A DNA stretch of 64,000 bases, from sequence record KM190144, one strand, 5' to 3'. Position numbers and translations under genes: made by a program. Positions 1 to 7,240 of this stretch are shown in pieces. The notes below the pieces were generated by a model. The model was not told the origin of the DNA. It worked only from the letters and a program-made list of their open reading frames with translations, and made no database searches. How positions within the stretch are numbered: position 1 is the first letter of the stretch; each line of letters opens with the position of its first letter. The DNA comes from Escherichia phage Av-05.

Positions 1-300
1 CATGCAGATCAGACTATATCTTGTGTGTTATTACACACCCCCCTGTTTCGGCGGTTGATAATCAACCGGAGGTTTCCCTCACCGCTTGGCCCTAACGCCC
101 GTAAGCGATAGTCGTTGAACGTTCATCCCATAGGGATGCTTCGCTGCGGATTGTCTAAACATTCACACTGTTACTATACTCAACGTCATTACCGTTGACC
201 ATAAATATGTTACCATACCTACTTAGTGGTGATATGTATAAAGAGTTACCCGTCAATTAAAGGGGTTTATAGAGAGCACACGGTTCTACCCTCATCGAAA
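1..300 (-). mobile_element. Group I self-splicing intron (5' part; continues beyond window start) interrupting the terminase large-subunit gene
   Basis: Minus-strand reading gives the four conserved group I core elements in canonical order P-Q-R-S: P-like AATTGACGGG (plus 249-258), Q-like AATCCGCAGC (143-152), R-like GTTCAACGACTA (109-120), S-like AAGATATAGTC (12-22). Region is non-coding and the terminase ORF stops at 267. Boundaries approximate. Confidence 0.6.
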
Positions 301-1397
301 CCTATAAAGGTATACTGCAAACCCTGATGATCTAATTTGTTATTCTCATACTCCATGTGTCTCCACAACACCTTTGCCCCAGATGGGAAAATTGCTTCCA
401 GAGCTTTCTCCCTGAACTTCGGTTTCCATTCCTTATCAAGTTGCAAATAAATACTTTTCGCTGTATCAAAAAGTCCACCTGCACCTGTCAATTGAGGTGT
501 TGTCCTACGAAACATTATACATGCTGTCTGCGGGTCATCGACATAAGCAAGCGGCATCAATTGTAGGAGATATGATTTTCCACTATTCCCAGTGACAACT
601 ACACAATCTTCTAGTCTGGTAACAAAGAAACCTGTTTGTGTTACAAAGCAGTATTTAAACCCATCCGTAGGTATAAACTCTTTAAACTCAACTTTCTCTT
701 TATCGTTTAATGCTCTTAATGACTCGCCATTAACGTTTACATTAACAATGTACTCTGAGCCAATCTTCTTCAAAGAAGACTCATAATCGAAGCAGGAAAC
801 AACAAACTGGATAAAATCAGCAGTGGATTTGTTACTGGAAGAATACATACCGCCTTGTGCGATAATGGTATCCATGATTACATCAAGTTGATGCCTTGAG
901 CAGTTATAATAGTTCTCTGTTATCTCACCACACAACACTCGCTCTCTGATTGTTTCATCATCTAAGTCCAAACCTGCACCAGAATAATTGAATGTTGTGA
1001 TAAATTTTCCTTCCCAACCACCGCTGGAATTTTTATGTGTCTCCGCAATTTCCGAAAATGGTTGCGTTTTTGGTGGAGTATGGTAATCTTCTTTAAATAG
1101 GACAGTGTGTTCGTCAGATAACTCTTGACAAATACCATTACCTTCTATTCTTGTAAGTTTTTCGCAAGGGAGTTTAACAAACTCTAAAGGAGGGATAAAT
1201 TTAGCCTCCCCTGTGGCTTTATCATATTGCAGAATGTCCTGCCCTGACCATTCTGCTATCTTAATCCAGCCAGATGGTGTCAACACCTCGTGGTCTTTAG
1301 ACAAACACCCGGCGGCCCCGCCAATTATTAGAATTTGGGCTTTACTCTCCAAAATCATTTTTTGTTTAGGACTGGCAGGTCCAAATACTTTACTCAA
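267..1397 (-). CDS. Terminase large subunit, N-terminal ATPase exon, with intein in the Walker A loop; TTG start
   Basis: ORF track; N-terminus MSKVFGPASPKQKMILESKAQILIIGGAAG then, after the insert, SGKSYLL, which reconstitutes the P-loop GAAGSGKS typical of terminase ATPases; FIGFDEG Walker-B-like; GGAGG RBS; C-terminal nuclease domain absent and presumably in a downstream exon beyond the intron. Confidence 0.7.
   Translation of the reverse strand: MSKVFGPASPKQKMILESKAQILIIGGAAGCLSKDHEVLTPSGWIKIAEWSGQDILQYDKATGEAKFIPPLEFVKLPCEKLTRIEGNGICQELSDEHTVLFKEDYHTPPKTQPFSEIAETHKNSSGGWEGKFITTFNYSGAGLDLDDETIRERVLCGEITENYYNCSRHQLDVIMDTIIAQGGMYSSSNKSTADFIQFVVSCFDYESSLKKIGSEYIVNVNVNGESLRALNDKEKVEFKEFIPTDGFKYCFVTQTGFFVTRLEDCVVVTGNSGKSYLLQLMPLAYVDDPQTACIMFRRTTPQLTGAGGLFDTAKSIYLQLDKEWKPKFREKALEAIFPSGAKVLWRHMEYENNKLDHQGLQYTFIGFDEGRTVCSL
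585..1307 (-). mobile_element. Intein (about 241 aa) inserted in terminase P-loop
   Basis: Insert begins Cys-Leu-Ser-Lys-Asp-His-Glu-Val (block A-like CLxxDxxV), ends ...VVVTGN followed by Ser (C-terminal Asn plus nucleophile); flanks rejoin to a perfect Walker A. Penultimate His is absent, so atypical. Confidence 0.55.
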
Positions 1398-1446
1398 AAG
1401 ACCTCCATATTTTCTATTCCTACCATAGAAGGTAGTTTACCACGAA

Positions 1447-1484
1447 TAACGATAAAAATAAAGCCCTTACCCTTAAATAAGGGC
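1447..1484 (-). terminator. Rho-independent terminator after spanin genes
   Basis: Hairpin GCCCTTA/TAAGGGC (1463-1484) followed on minus strand by TTTATTTTTAT. Confidence 0.55.
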
Positions 1485-1492
1485 ATTGTCAA

Positions 1493-1786
1493 CTATTTGT
1501 CTGAAGAAAATATTGTCTTTACATACTGCTGCAACGTTCTTAATTTCATGCGATCTTCAGCAGCATTAATGTTGTTTTTCTTGATCACCTCGATGGCATC
1601 TGCGTTGCTGAGACCACGAGGCAATTTTTCAGGTTCTTTCGGTGGTATCATAGCTTCAGCGGGTGGTCTTGCTAAAAGATCGCTTATCACAACTTCTTTT
1701 GCAACAGGAACAACTCTCTCAGGTGGTGAAGTGCACCCTGTTAACATAAACAATAGAAAAGGAACCATGATAACATACTTTTTCAT
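1493..1786 (-). CDS. o-spanin (outer-membrane lipoprotein, Rz1-like)
   Basis: Signal peptide with lipobox LTGC, Pro-rich mature region, start overlaps stop of upstream i-spanin. Confidence 0.6.
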   Translation of the reverse strand: MKKYVIMVPFLLFMLTGCTSPPERVVPVAKEVVISDLLARPPAEAMIPPKEPEKLPRGLSNADAIEVIKKNNINAAEDRMKLRTLQQYVKTIFSSDK

Positions 1787-2184
1787 TTAGACCCCAAACT
1801 GTCGTTATAGATATCAACAAACTGGTTATCGAGGCAAACCTGTTTTCCTGCTTGTGTCTTGCTATAGCTTTTAATCTTTTTGTCAAGATTTTCTTTCAAT
1901 TGATTGTTGATTTCCCTCTCTTGCACTAACATGGTTGACAATTCATCTATCTTATCCTGCTGTTGCTTTTTAAAAGCGTTATTATGATCCCGAACTTGCT
2001 GGTTAATCCTCTCCCATTTAAGATCAGTGTCGCTGACACCTGCGTTGTACGACGATGTTAACTGGTCATTATACCAATGTTTTATCCCCAAGATACCACA
2101 GACGAGAACCACACCACACAAAACAACACCTATCTGTTTTATGTTCTTAGAAAAGAAAGTTAACAGCGTTTTAAACCATATCAT
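1783..2184 (-). CDS. i-spanin (Rz-like, N-terminal TM plus coiled coil)
   Basis: N-terminal hydrophobic segment IGVVLCGVVLVCGILGI, charged helical remainder; ATGA overlap with upstream gene. Confidence 0.6.
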   Translation of the reverse strand: MIWFKTLLTFFSKNIKQIGVVLCGVVLVCGILGIKHWYNDQLTSSYNAGVSDTDLKWERINQQVRDHNNAFKKQQQDKIDELSTMLVQEREINNQLKENLDKKIKSYSKTQAGKQVCLDNQFVDIYNDSLGSK

Positions 2185-3536
2185 GATATATCCCCATCAC
2201 ACTCAATAATGTTTTCAATTTTCAGTGTTGTTTTTCTGTTTTCAGAAATATTAATCTTATCAGTTATGATATCGTATTGCATCTCAGATGGATTACTTAT
2301 TGAGACATCTAAGAGAACTGCGCCAGGTTTATACGTTTCATATCCATAACCATCTGTCTTACCCTCCTTGCACAGGTATTCGTAATATTCTCTTGCCTTC
2401 TTCTCATCAACATAAAGGCTGAGAGTGCGAAAATTATTTGCTATATCTTCTTTGTAAAGCCCAACATAATGTGTATCTTTTGTTGGCATCATGAGATAGA
2501 AAACTTCAGCAGGACAAACTCCATATAGTTTTGTAAAGTATTTCCTGCCTGTTGCTTTTCTTAATCTTTGAAAGATATTAAACATATTAATTTTAGATAC
2601 ATCATTAAACGGCAACGGTTGCACAGGGGTAACATTTTTGTCTACCTGCTGGCAACAAGATTCTAATCTGTCCAGGCACTCAACCAAAGAATCAAGTGAA
2701 AACTGTTTTGTCTCATCAAAGATATCAGACAGTTTCATTCCGTACATCCCGCTAAGATGTGACTTTGCCGATTCCCAACTTTCTATCTGAAGGCTAGCAA
2801 TGGTCATGGACAGTTTCATTGTCTCTTTTTTCGAAATTGTATAGCCACGAGATTTGTATTTTTCAGATCTCAAAAGTGACATAATCGGGTATTCAGTCTT
2901 ATGATTTACAACTAAGACCCTTTGAGCGATATGTTTTAAGAAGTTGCTATCAAATTCCCACACACCATCTTTGAAGTTAAAAGCACCCATATTTATTGTA
3001 AAATCAAATTTGCTAAAGATATCTTCTGTTGTTTTGAACACATCCATAGCCACACATTGAAAGACAGGCTCTTGTCCAAAGTAAAACATCACACTCTTAT
3101 CTGTCACACCAACCTTTTTGGTTGGTAAATTATCATCTTCATCACCTAAATAATCGCATTCATTGTCATATTTTCTACCTCTAGAAAGAGGATCTGTAAA
3201 ATTTGAAAATGAGGTGTCGCCGTGATCAAGTTTATAGAAATTCCTAAATGCTATTTTTTGTTCTGAGGCCCAGCCATTTGTTTTCTCAGACAAATCATAC
3301 TTTCCTGACAAGAGTCTTTTATCCATCATGTACGCAATGAATATCTCAAGATTTTCCCAAGATGGGAAATACAAATCAAGATCGTTGACTTTACTATTAG
3401 AGAACAAAGAGGTTATTGCCCCGCCAGCTATCTTAACATTCAGCTTTGACAATAAATCATAAACACCTTTTGGTATAAAAGAGCGCAAAATGTCATACTC
3501 TCTTTGAAAATCTTCTTTTTTGAAAACATGCAACAT
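2181..3536 (-). CDS. Hypothetical 452-aa protein with nucleotidyltransferase-fold-like motif, co-transcribed with spanins
   Basis: Start at internal ATG 3536 with GGAGAG RBS; motif KIAGGAITSLFSNSKVNDLDLYF fits hG[GS]x(9-13)DhDh of Pol-beta superfamily; no lysozyme motif recognised. Confidence 0.5.
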   Translation of the reverse strand: MLHVFKKEDFQREYDILRSFIPKGVYDLLSKLNVKIAGGAITSLFSNSKVNDLDLYFPSWENLEIFIAYMMDKRLLSGKYDLSEKTNGWASEQKIAFRNFYKLDHGDTSFSNFTDPLSRGRKYDNECDYLGDEDDNLPTKKVGVTDKSVMFYFGQEPVFQCVAMDVFKTTEDIFSKFDFTINMGAFNFKDGVWEFDSNFLKHIAQRVLVVNHKTEYPIMSLLRSEKYKSRGYTISKKETMKLSMTIASLQIESWESAKSHLSGMYGMKLSDIFDETKQFSLDSLVECLDRLESCCQQVDKNVTPVQPLPFNDVSKINMFNIFQRLRKATGRKYFTKLYGVCPAEVFYLMMPTKDTHYVGLYKEDIANNFRTLSLYVDEKKAREYYEYLCKEGKTDGYGYETYKPGAVLLDVSISNPSEMQYDIITDKINISENRKTTLKIENIIECDGDIS

Positions 3537-3582
3537 CTTAACTCTCCTTGAGTACAAAACAAGATGCGTAAAGACTAGCACA

Positions 3583-3609
3583 TAAAGAAAAACCCCGCAA
3601 TAGGCGGGG
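3583..3609 (-). terminator. Rho-independent terminator at 3' end of tRNA operon
   Basis: Hairpin CCCCGC-AATAG-GCGGGG; minus strand T-run follows (plus-strand A-run 3583-3591). Confidence 0.6.
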
Positions 3610-3741
3610 TTAGGCATAGGAGAGGAGATTGATTGGATTATTATTATAGTTATTTGAGAAAAGTGGCGAAGGAACCTTTACATGTCGAGAGTGTCTTACC
3701 GTTTACTCAGCCACGACCTTCCTTAGTGTCCACTTTAATTC

Positions 3742-3817
3742 TGGTTGCGAGTATTGGGATCGAACCAATCTGGACTGGCTTATGAGACCAGCGAAGTCAC
3801 CAGACTTCAAACTCGCA
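3742..3817 (-). tRNA. tRNA-Met (anticodon CAU), CCA encoded
   Basis: Manual cloverleaf: acceptor TGCGAGT/ACTCGCA, anticodon loop CTCATAA, T-loop TTCGATC. Confidence 0.75.
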
Positions 3818-3821
3818 ATGT

Positions 3822-4052
3822 TCATTTATTACCAAGAGAAATCCTTCTAGGTGGATGACCAAAATGGATCTCATAAGAACCATCAAGTCTTCCTTTCTTT
3901 GTCCGGCAATACTTATCTACTTTCTTGTAGTCCTTCACCTCTTGAGTAGTATACCTAGAATCGGCAATAAGTAGAATAAGAGGCCACCCAACACAAAATT
4001 TTCTAACTGTCTCTATTTTTTGGATATATGCACTCTTCAATTTTCTTCGCAT
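3822..4052 (-). CDS. Small basic hypothetical protein (76 aa) between tRNA genes
   Basis: ORF track only. Confidence 0.3.
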   Translation of the reverse strand: MRRKLKSAYIQKIETVRKFCVGWPLILLIADSRYTTQEVKDYKKVDKYCRTKKGRLDGSYEIHFGHPPRRISLGNK

Positions 4053-4067
4053 GATCTATTTCCTGTT

Positions 4068-4143
4068 TGGTGTGACGGACAGGATTCGAACCTGTGACCA
4101 CCTAGTCTTCAGCAAGGCACTCTACCAACTGAGTTACCGTCAC
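4068..4143 (-). tRNA. tRNA-Phe (GAA), CCA encoded
   Basis: Acceptor GTGACGG/CCGTCAC, D-arm ACTC..GAGT, anticodon loop CTGAAGA, T-loop TTCGAAT. Confidence 0.8.
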
Positions 4144-4148
4144 ATGAT

Positions 4149-4225
4149 TGGTAGGCGATGAGGGACTCGAACCCCCAAAATTCAGGTTCTAAGCCTGACA
4201 TGTATACCAATTCCATCAATCGCCC
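4149..4225 (-). tRNA. tRNA with anticodon UAG (Leu codon family) but class I (short variable loop) architecture
   Basis: Acceptor GGGCGAT/ATCGCCT, anticodon stem TCAGG/CCTGA, loop CTTAGAA, 5-nt variable loop, T-loop TTCGAGT, discriminator A, CCA encoded. Confidence 0.6.
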
Positions 4226-4239
4226 ATCTATATTAACAG

Positions 4240-4431
4240 TTACGGTTTTCCGCGATACACAGAAATAGTTTTTCCATTGGCATTGATCACGTAGGCGGTC
4301 TGATCCTCAGACAAAAATACTTTTTGATCAACGCCGGAAATAGCTATAGACTTTTGATGAGCGCAATACCCAACAATTTTGCCACAAAAAATTTGTTCAT
4401 CATTTGGGGAGACTACTTTAACTGTTAACAT
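4240..4431 (-). CDS. Small hypothetical protein (about 64 aa)
   Basis: ORF track trimmed to internal ATG preceded by GAGGA; upstream part of track ORF overlaps tRNA-Pro. Confidence 0.3.
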   Translation of the reverse strand: MLTVKVVSPNDEQIFCGKIVGYCAHQKSIAISGVDQKVFLSEDQTAYVINANGKTISVYRGKP

Positions 4432-4473
4432 GGTATCCTCTGTACATTTCTGTTTTGATATGTATATGTTTGT

Positions 4474-4551
4474 TGGTCTGTCCGGTTGGATTTGAACCAA
4501 CGACCTGATCATCCCAAGTGACCCGCGCTACCCAAGCTGCGCTACGGACAG
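4474..4551 (-). tRNA. tRNA-Pro (UGG), CCA encoded
   Basis: Acceptor CTGTCCG/CGGACAG, D-stem GCGC, anticodon loop CTTGGGA, T-loop TTCAAAT. Confidence 0.8.
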
Positions 4552-4635
4552 AGAGATGTAGATTTTAATTGTCCCAGAATCTACAAACTGGTATCGCTGG
4601 CTAGGTGATATCTGTGACTTGATTAAGTCAAGAAT

Positions 4636-4726
4636 TGGCGGTTCCTGAAGGATTCGAACCTTCGGTGGGGAGATTCCTCCCAACGGCTTAACAGGCCGTC
4701 ACCATCGACCACTCGGTCAAAGAACC
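4636..4726 (-). tRNA. Class II (long variable arm) tRNA with anticodon GUU (Asn codons); identity ambiguous
   Basis: Acceptor GGTTCTT/AGGAACC, Ser-like D-arm ACC-GAGTGGTCGAT-GGT, anticodon stem ACGGC/GCCGT with loop CTGTTAA, 19-nt variable arm TGGGAGGAATCTCCCCACC, T-loop TTCGAAT, discriminator G, CCA encoded. Confidence 0.55.
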
Positions 4727-4735
4727 AGAATATTT

Positions 4736-4812
4736 TGGTGGATCTGGTTAGATTCGAACTAACAATCCCTCGATTAAAAGTCAAGTGCCTTAAACCATTT
4801 GGCTACAGATCC
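4736..4812 (-). tRNA. tRNA-Lys (UUU), CCA encoded
   Basis: Acceptor GGATCTG/CAGATCC, anticodon loop CTTTTAA, T-loop TTCGAAT. Confidence 0.8.
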
Positions 4813-5034
4813 TTTAAATTATCTTTAAAATAGCTAATTACTCGCACATAATTAGCTATACGCAACAGCCCTCTAGGGAGGGCACACTAATGATAGATTA
4901 CGATTACATGACCATCATGAGTGTTTGACTTACGCCAGTAAAGAGCGGACTGCTCTGGGGTATCGGTAAGATGGTTGCAGCCATCCACCGAAAAATCACA
5001 CCAAGCAACTAAACAAGCTACATTAAAGATAACT

Positions 5035-5123
5035 TGGAGGAGGCTGACAGAATCGAACTGTCACCATATCTCTACAGCGGGACTGGGTTCAAACCAGCTT
5101 GTGCACCATGCACCCCAGCCTCC
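5035..5123 (-). tRNA. tRNA-Ser (UGA), class II, CCA encoded
   Basis: Acceptor GGAGGCT/AGCCTCC, anticodon stem GCTGG/CCAGT loop TTTGAAC, long variable arm, T-loop TTCGATT. Confidence 0.65.
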
Positions 5124-5201
5124 AAAAATAGCCTCTGCCGAGAAGATACACCCAACAAAGACGGCGCTCAGGTCCGAAGAAATCTGAGCCTTGACATACA
5201 G

Positions 5202-5295
5202 TGGAGGAAGATGCCAGACTTGAACTGGCACACCCATTTCTGGGTTACTATCTCCTTAGCAGGGAGACCCCTTACCAAATTAGGGTTAATCTTCC
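5202..5295 (-). tRNA. tRNA-Ser (GCU), class II, CCA encoded
   Basis: Acceptor GGAAGAT/ATCTTCC, anticodon stem TCTCC/GGAGA loop CTGCTAA, long variable arm, T-loop TTCAAGT. Confidence 0.7.
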
Positions 5296-5316
5296 AATAC
5301 CTTAGTAATTAAAAAC

Positions 5317-5406
5317 TGGTGGAGAAGGAGAGAATCGAACTCTCAAGCCGTTTTACCAGTCAGCACATTTCCAATGTGGTTTCGTCGCCAATCGATTTGC
5401 TTCTCC
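5317..5406 (-). tRNA. tRNA-Ser (GGA) candidate, class II, CCA encoded
   Basis: Acceptor GGAGAAG/CTTCTCC, T-arm GAGAG-TTCGATT-CTCTC, anticodon loop TTGGAAA with one mismatch in stem; D-arm irregular. Confidence 0.5.
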
Positions 5407-5415
5407 GTTTTAACT

Positions 5416-5491
5416 TGGCAGGGGATGGTTGATTCGAACAACCGATCACGGGGTCAAAGCCCGTTGCATTAGGCCACTATGCTAATCCCCT
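5416..5491 (-). tRNA. tRNA-Gln (UUG), CCA encoded
   Basis: Acceptor AGGGGAT/ATCCCCT, D-stem GCAT/ATGC, anticodon stem ACGGG/CCCGT loop CTTTGAC, T-loop TTCGAAT. Confidence 0.8.
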
Positions 5492-5492
5492 T

Positions 5493-5574
5493 TGGCACGA
5501 GAGTGAGGAATCGAACCCCTTAGTCACTGGTTTTGGAGGCCAGCCTTCACCCAGTGAAGTTACGCTACTCTCAT
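5493..5574 (-). tRNA. tRNA-Trp (CCA) candidate with atypical, extended D-arm region
   Basis: Anticodon loop CTCCAAA followed by ACC as in E. coli tRNA-Trp; T-loop TTCGATT; acceptor ATGAGAG/CTCTCGT; 79 nt before CCA. Confidence 0.5.
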
Positions 5575-5597
5575 TAAAAACTATTTTCGGAATGGGT

Positions 5598-6140
5598 TTA
5601 TATATAAAACGCCAACATCACTCTTTCTCTTGAGAAAGCTCGGTCTTCAGGAACAACACTCTTCAGTTTCCAACCAACATAAATTCGCCAGTAAAATTGT
5701 TTTCCAAACAGTCTGAAAGACGGGACAAACGCGAATAAACCCCACGCATTGTCATTCCACATCAGCAAGTAGCCTTGTTGATTATCCTCCACATCAGAGC
5801 TTACATGGATGTTTCCTTTCCACTTTGTCACAGATGTAATTTCACGCCCAAGTGCGTGATAGGAGAAATTGTAGGCTTTATTTCTCCACAACCAAGCAAC
5901 TCGTTGCAGATAAACACCAAAACTCCCTATCTTGCGAACTTCTGCCCATCTCTCTATGTGTCCTTTATCACCATCTATAGGATTATCATATGTTTCCATC
6001 CACCTGAAAATATAAGGTAGATGCCCTGTCTTCTCATTATAGAACGGAACAACAAAAGGAGCCAGAATAACACAGAGAACCGACATAACTGGGTCAAGAG
6101 GTGCTAACAGAATCCACGATAAATATTTCAAGTATCTCAT
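5598..6140 (-). CDS. Hypothetical protein (180 aa, hydrophobic N-terminus) embedded in tRNA cluster
   Basis: ORF track; no recognisable motif. Confidence 0.45.
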   Translation of the reverse strand: MRYLKYLSWILLAPLDPVMSVLCVILAPFVVPFYNEKTGHLPYIFRWMETYDNPIDGDKGHIERWAEVRKIGSFGVYLQRVAWLWRNKAYNFSYHALGREITSVTKWKGNIHVSSDVEDNQQGYLLMWNDNAWGLFAFVPSFRLFGKQFYWRIYVGWKLKSVVPEDRAFSRERVMLAFYI

Positions 6141-6367
6141 GCAGGATCAAGCCTAGATATAATGTACTGGTTTAAATCTGAATATGGGAAGATACTTTCA
6201 AAGATAACCTGTTTAAATCTGAAACCGCACAAACCGAAAAGTACCTTCTGACACTCCCCAAAAGAACAATCTTTACCAACTTTTATCACAACCGTATCGG
6301 CAACCTGCACACTTTCTATCTCTTTAGGTTCATGATGCCGTACTATGATTACTTTAGAAACCATCAT
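6137..6367 (-). CDS. Hypothetical protein (76 aa)
   Basis: ORF track; 4-nt overlap with downstream ORF suggests coupling. Confidence 0.4.
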   Translation of the reverse strand: MMVSKVIIVRHHEPKEIESVQVADTVVIKVGKDCSFGECQKVLFGLCGFRFKQVIFESIFPYSDLNQYIISRLDPA

Positions 6368-6492
6368 ACTCGTCCGTATTAAAGCCTTCTACTAAAGATA
6401 GAAGATGTCTAGGGTTGGACCGCAAACTCAACCCCATGGAATTTGTTACGGTCTTCAGTTGACCCAAGCGGATTTCATTGACATCTTTTAGA

Positions 6493-6567
6493 TGGAGCAT
6501 CCAGAGGGTATCGAACCCTCGACTTCAGCTTGGAAGGCTGTAGTTTTCCCAATTAAACTATGGATGC
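6493..6567 (-). tRNA. tRNA-Gly (UCC), CCA encoded
   Basis: Acceptor GCATCCA/TGGATGC, D-stem GTTT/AAAC, anticodon loop CTTCCAA, T-loop TTCGATA. Confidence 0.75.
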
Positions 6568-6572
6568 ATATT

Positions 6573-6648
6573 TGGTGGGAGTGGTAGGCTCTGCCCCTAC
6601 GTCCTCTCGATTATCGGTCGAGCGATCTACTAACTGATCTACACTCCC
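6573..6648 (-). tRNA. tRNA-Ile (GAU)-like gene with non-canonical T-loop and C33
   Basis: Acceptor GGGAGTG/CACTCCC, D-arm GATC-AGTTAGTA-GATC, perfect anticodon stem CTCGA/TCGAG with loop CCGATAA, T-arm GTAGG-GGCAGAG-CCTAC lacks TTCGA, CCA encoded. Confidence 0.45.
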
Positions 6649-6716
6649 AAACTGTACTGGCCCAACAACCACGATTGGAGGGTATCGTCACACATCAAAG
6701 CCAGTACAGATTTAGT

Positions 6717-6806
6717 TGGTGTGCCGTGATAGAGTCGAACTACCCGAGTCCCTTTCGAGACAGGAGATTTACAGTCTCCCCCGCTACCCCTACGGTCTAA
6801 CGACAC
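6717..6806 (-). tRNA. tRNA-Tyr (GUA), class II, CCA encoded
   Basis: Acceptor GTGTCGT/ACGGCAC, anticodon stem GGAGA/TCTCC loop CTGTAAA, long variable arm, T-loop TTCGACT. Confidence 0.75.
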
Positions 6807-6807
6807 A

Positions 6808-7155
6808 TTAACCTTGTTTGAATTGAACAATATCCGTCGAGAACGGTTTAGCTGCCTTAATGGGAGCTTTTTCTGAGTTATCTTTTTCGAGTAACTCTTC
6901 GTTTTCCTCATCAAAGTAATCAGAAAGCATCTGCTCACCTTTCTCAATAACATAGCGAGCAATATTTTCTCTGATATTGTCTTTTGTATTCACATTCTTC
7001 ATCAAATCCCTAAGAACCTGATGAGCTTCAGGAATCATTGCAATCAGATTCGTTTTCAAATCTAGGATATTTTTCTCTAACTGAATTGCATTAGATTCCT
7101 CTTTCAGAGGACGACCTTTTCCTCTTCTACGTTTTGTAAGCTGCTTAGTAGCCAT
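6808..7155 (-). CDS. Hypothetical basic protein (about 116 aa; MATKQLTKRRRGKGRPLKE...)
   Basis: ORF track trimmed to ATG at 7155 downstream of a consensus promoter; the longer track ORF overlaps tRNA genes. Confidence 0.45.
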   Translation of the reverse strand: MATKQLTKRRRGKGRPLKEESNAIQLEKNILDLKTNLIAMIPEAHQVLRDLMKNVNTKDNIRENIARYVIEKGEQMLSDYFDEENEELLEKDNSEKAPIKAAKPFSTDIVQFKQG

Positions 7156-7174
7156 TTTAAAACCCCACTTAATG

Positions 7175-7203
7175 ATATTATCAAATAAAAACATATCTGT
7201 CAA
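7175..7203 (-). promoter_or_regulatory. Sigma70-like promoter (TTGACA-17-TAATAT)
   Basis: Minus strand -35 TTGACA at plus 7198-7203, 17-nt spacer, -10 TAATAT at plus 7175-7180. Confidence 0.6.
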
Positions 7204-7240
7204 GTGGTATTTTAACATATTTACCAAGAAATTGAAAGTT

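Noticed and set aside
3664-3740. Possible additional tRNA just upstream of tRNA-Met (TGG followed by GGTTCC-like sequence)
   Set aside because: No T-loop TTCGA-type motif and no consistent acceptor pairing could be built by hand.
4975-5312. Plus-strand ORFs 4975-5187 and 5034-5312 from the six-frame track
   Set aside because: They lie antisense across tRNA-Ser genes and intergenic hairpins, lack RBS and have low-complexity translations; judged spurious.
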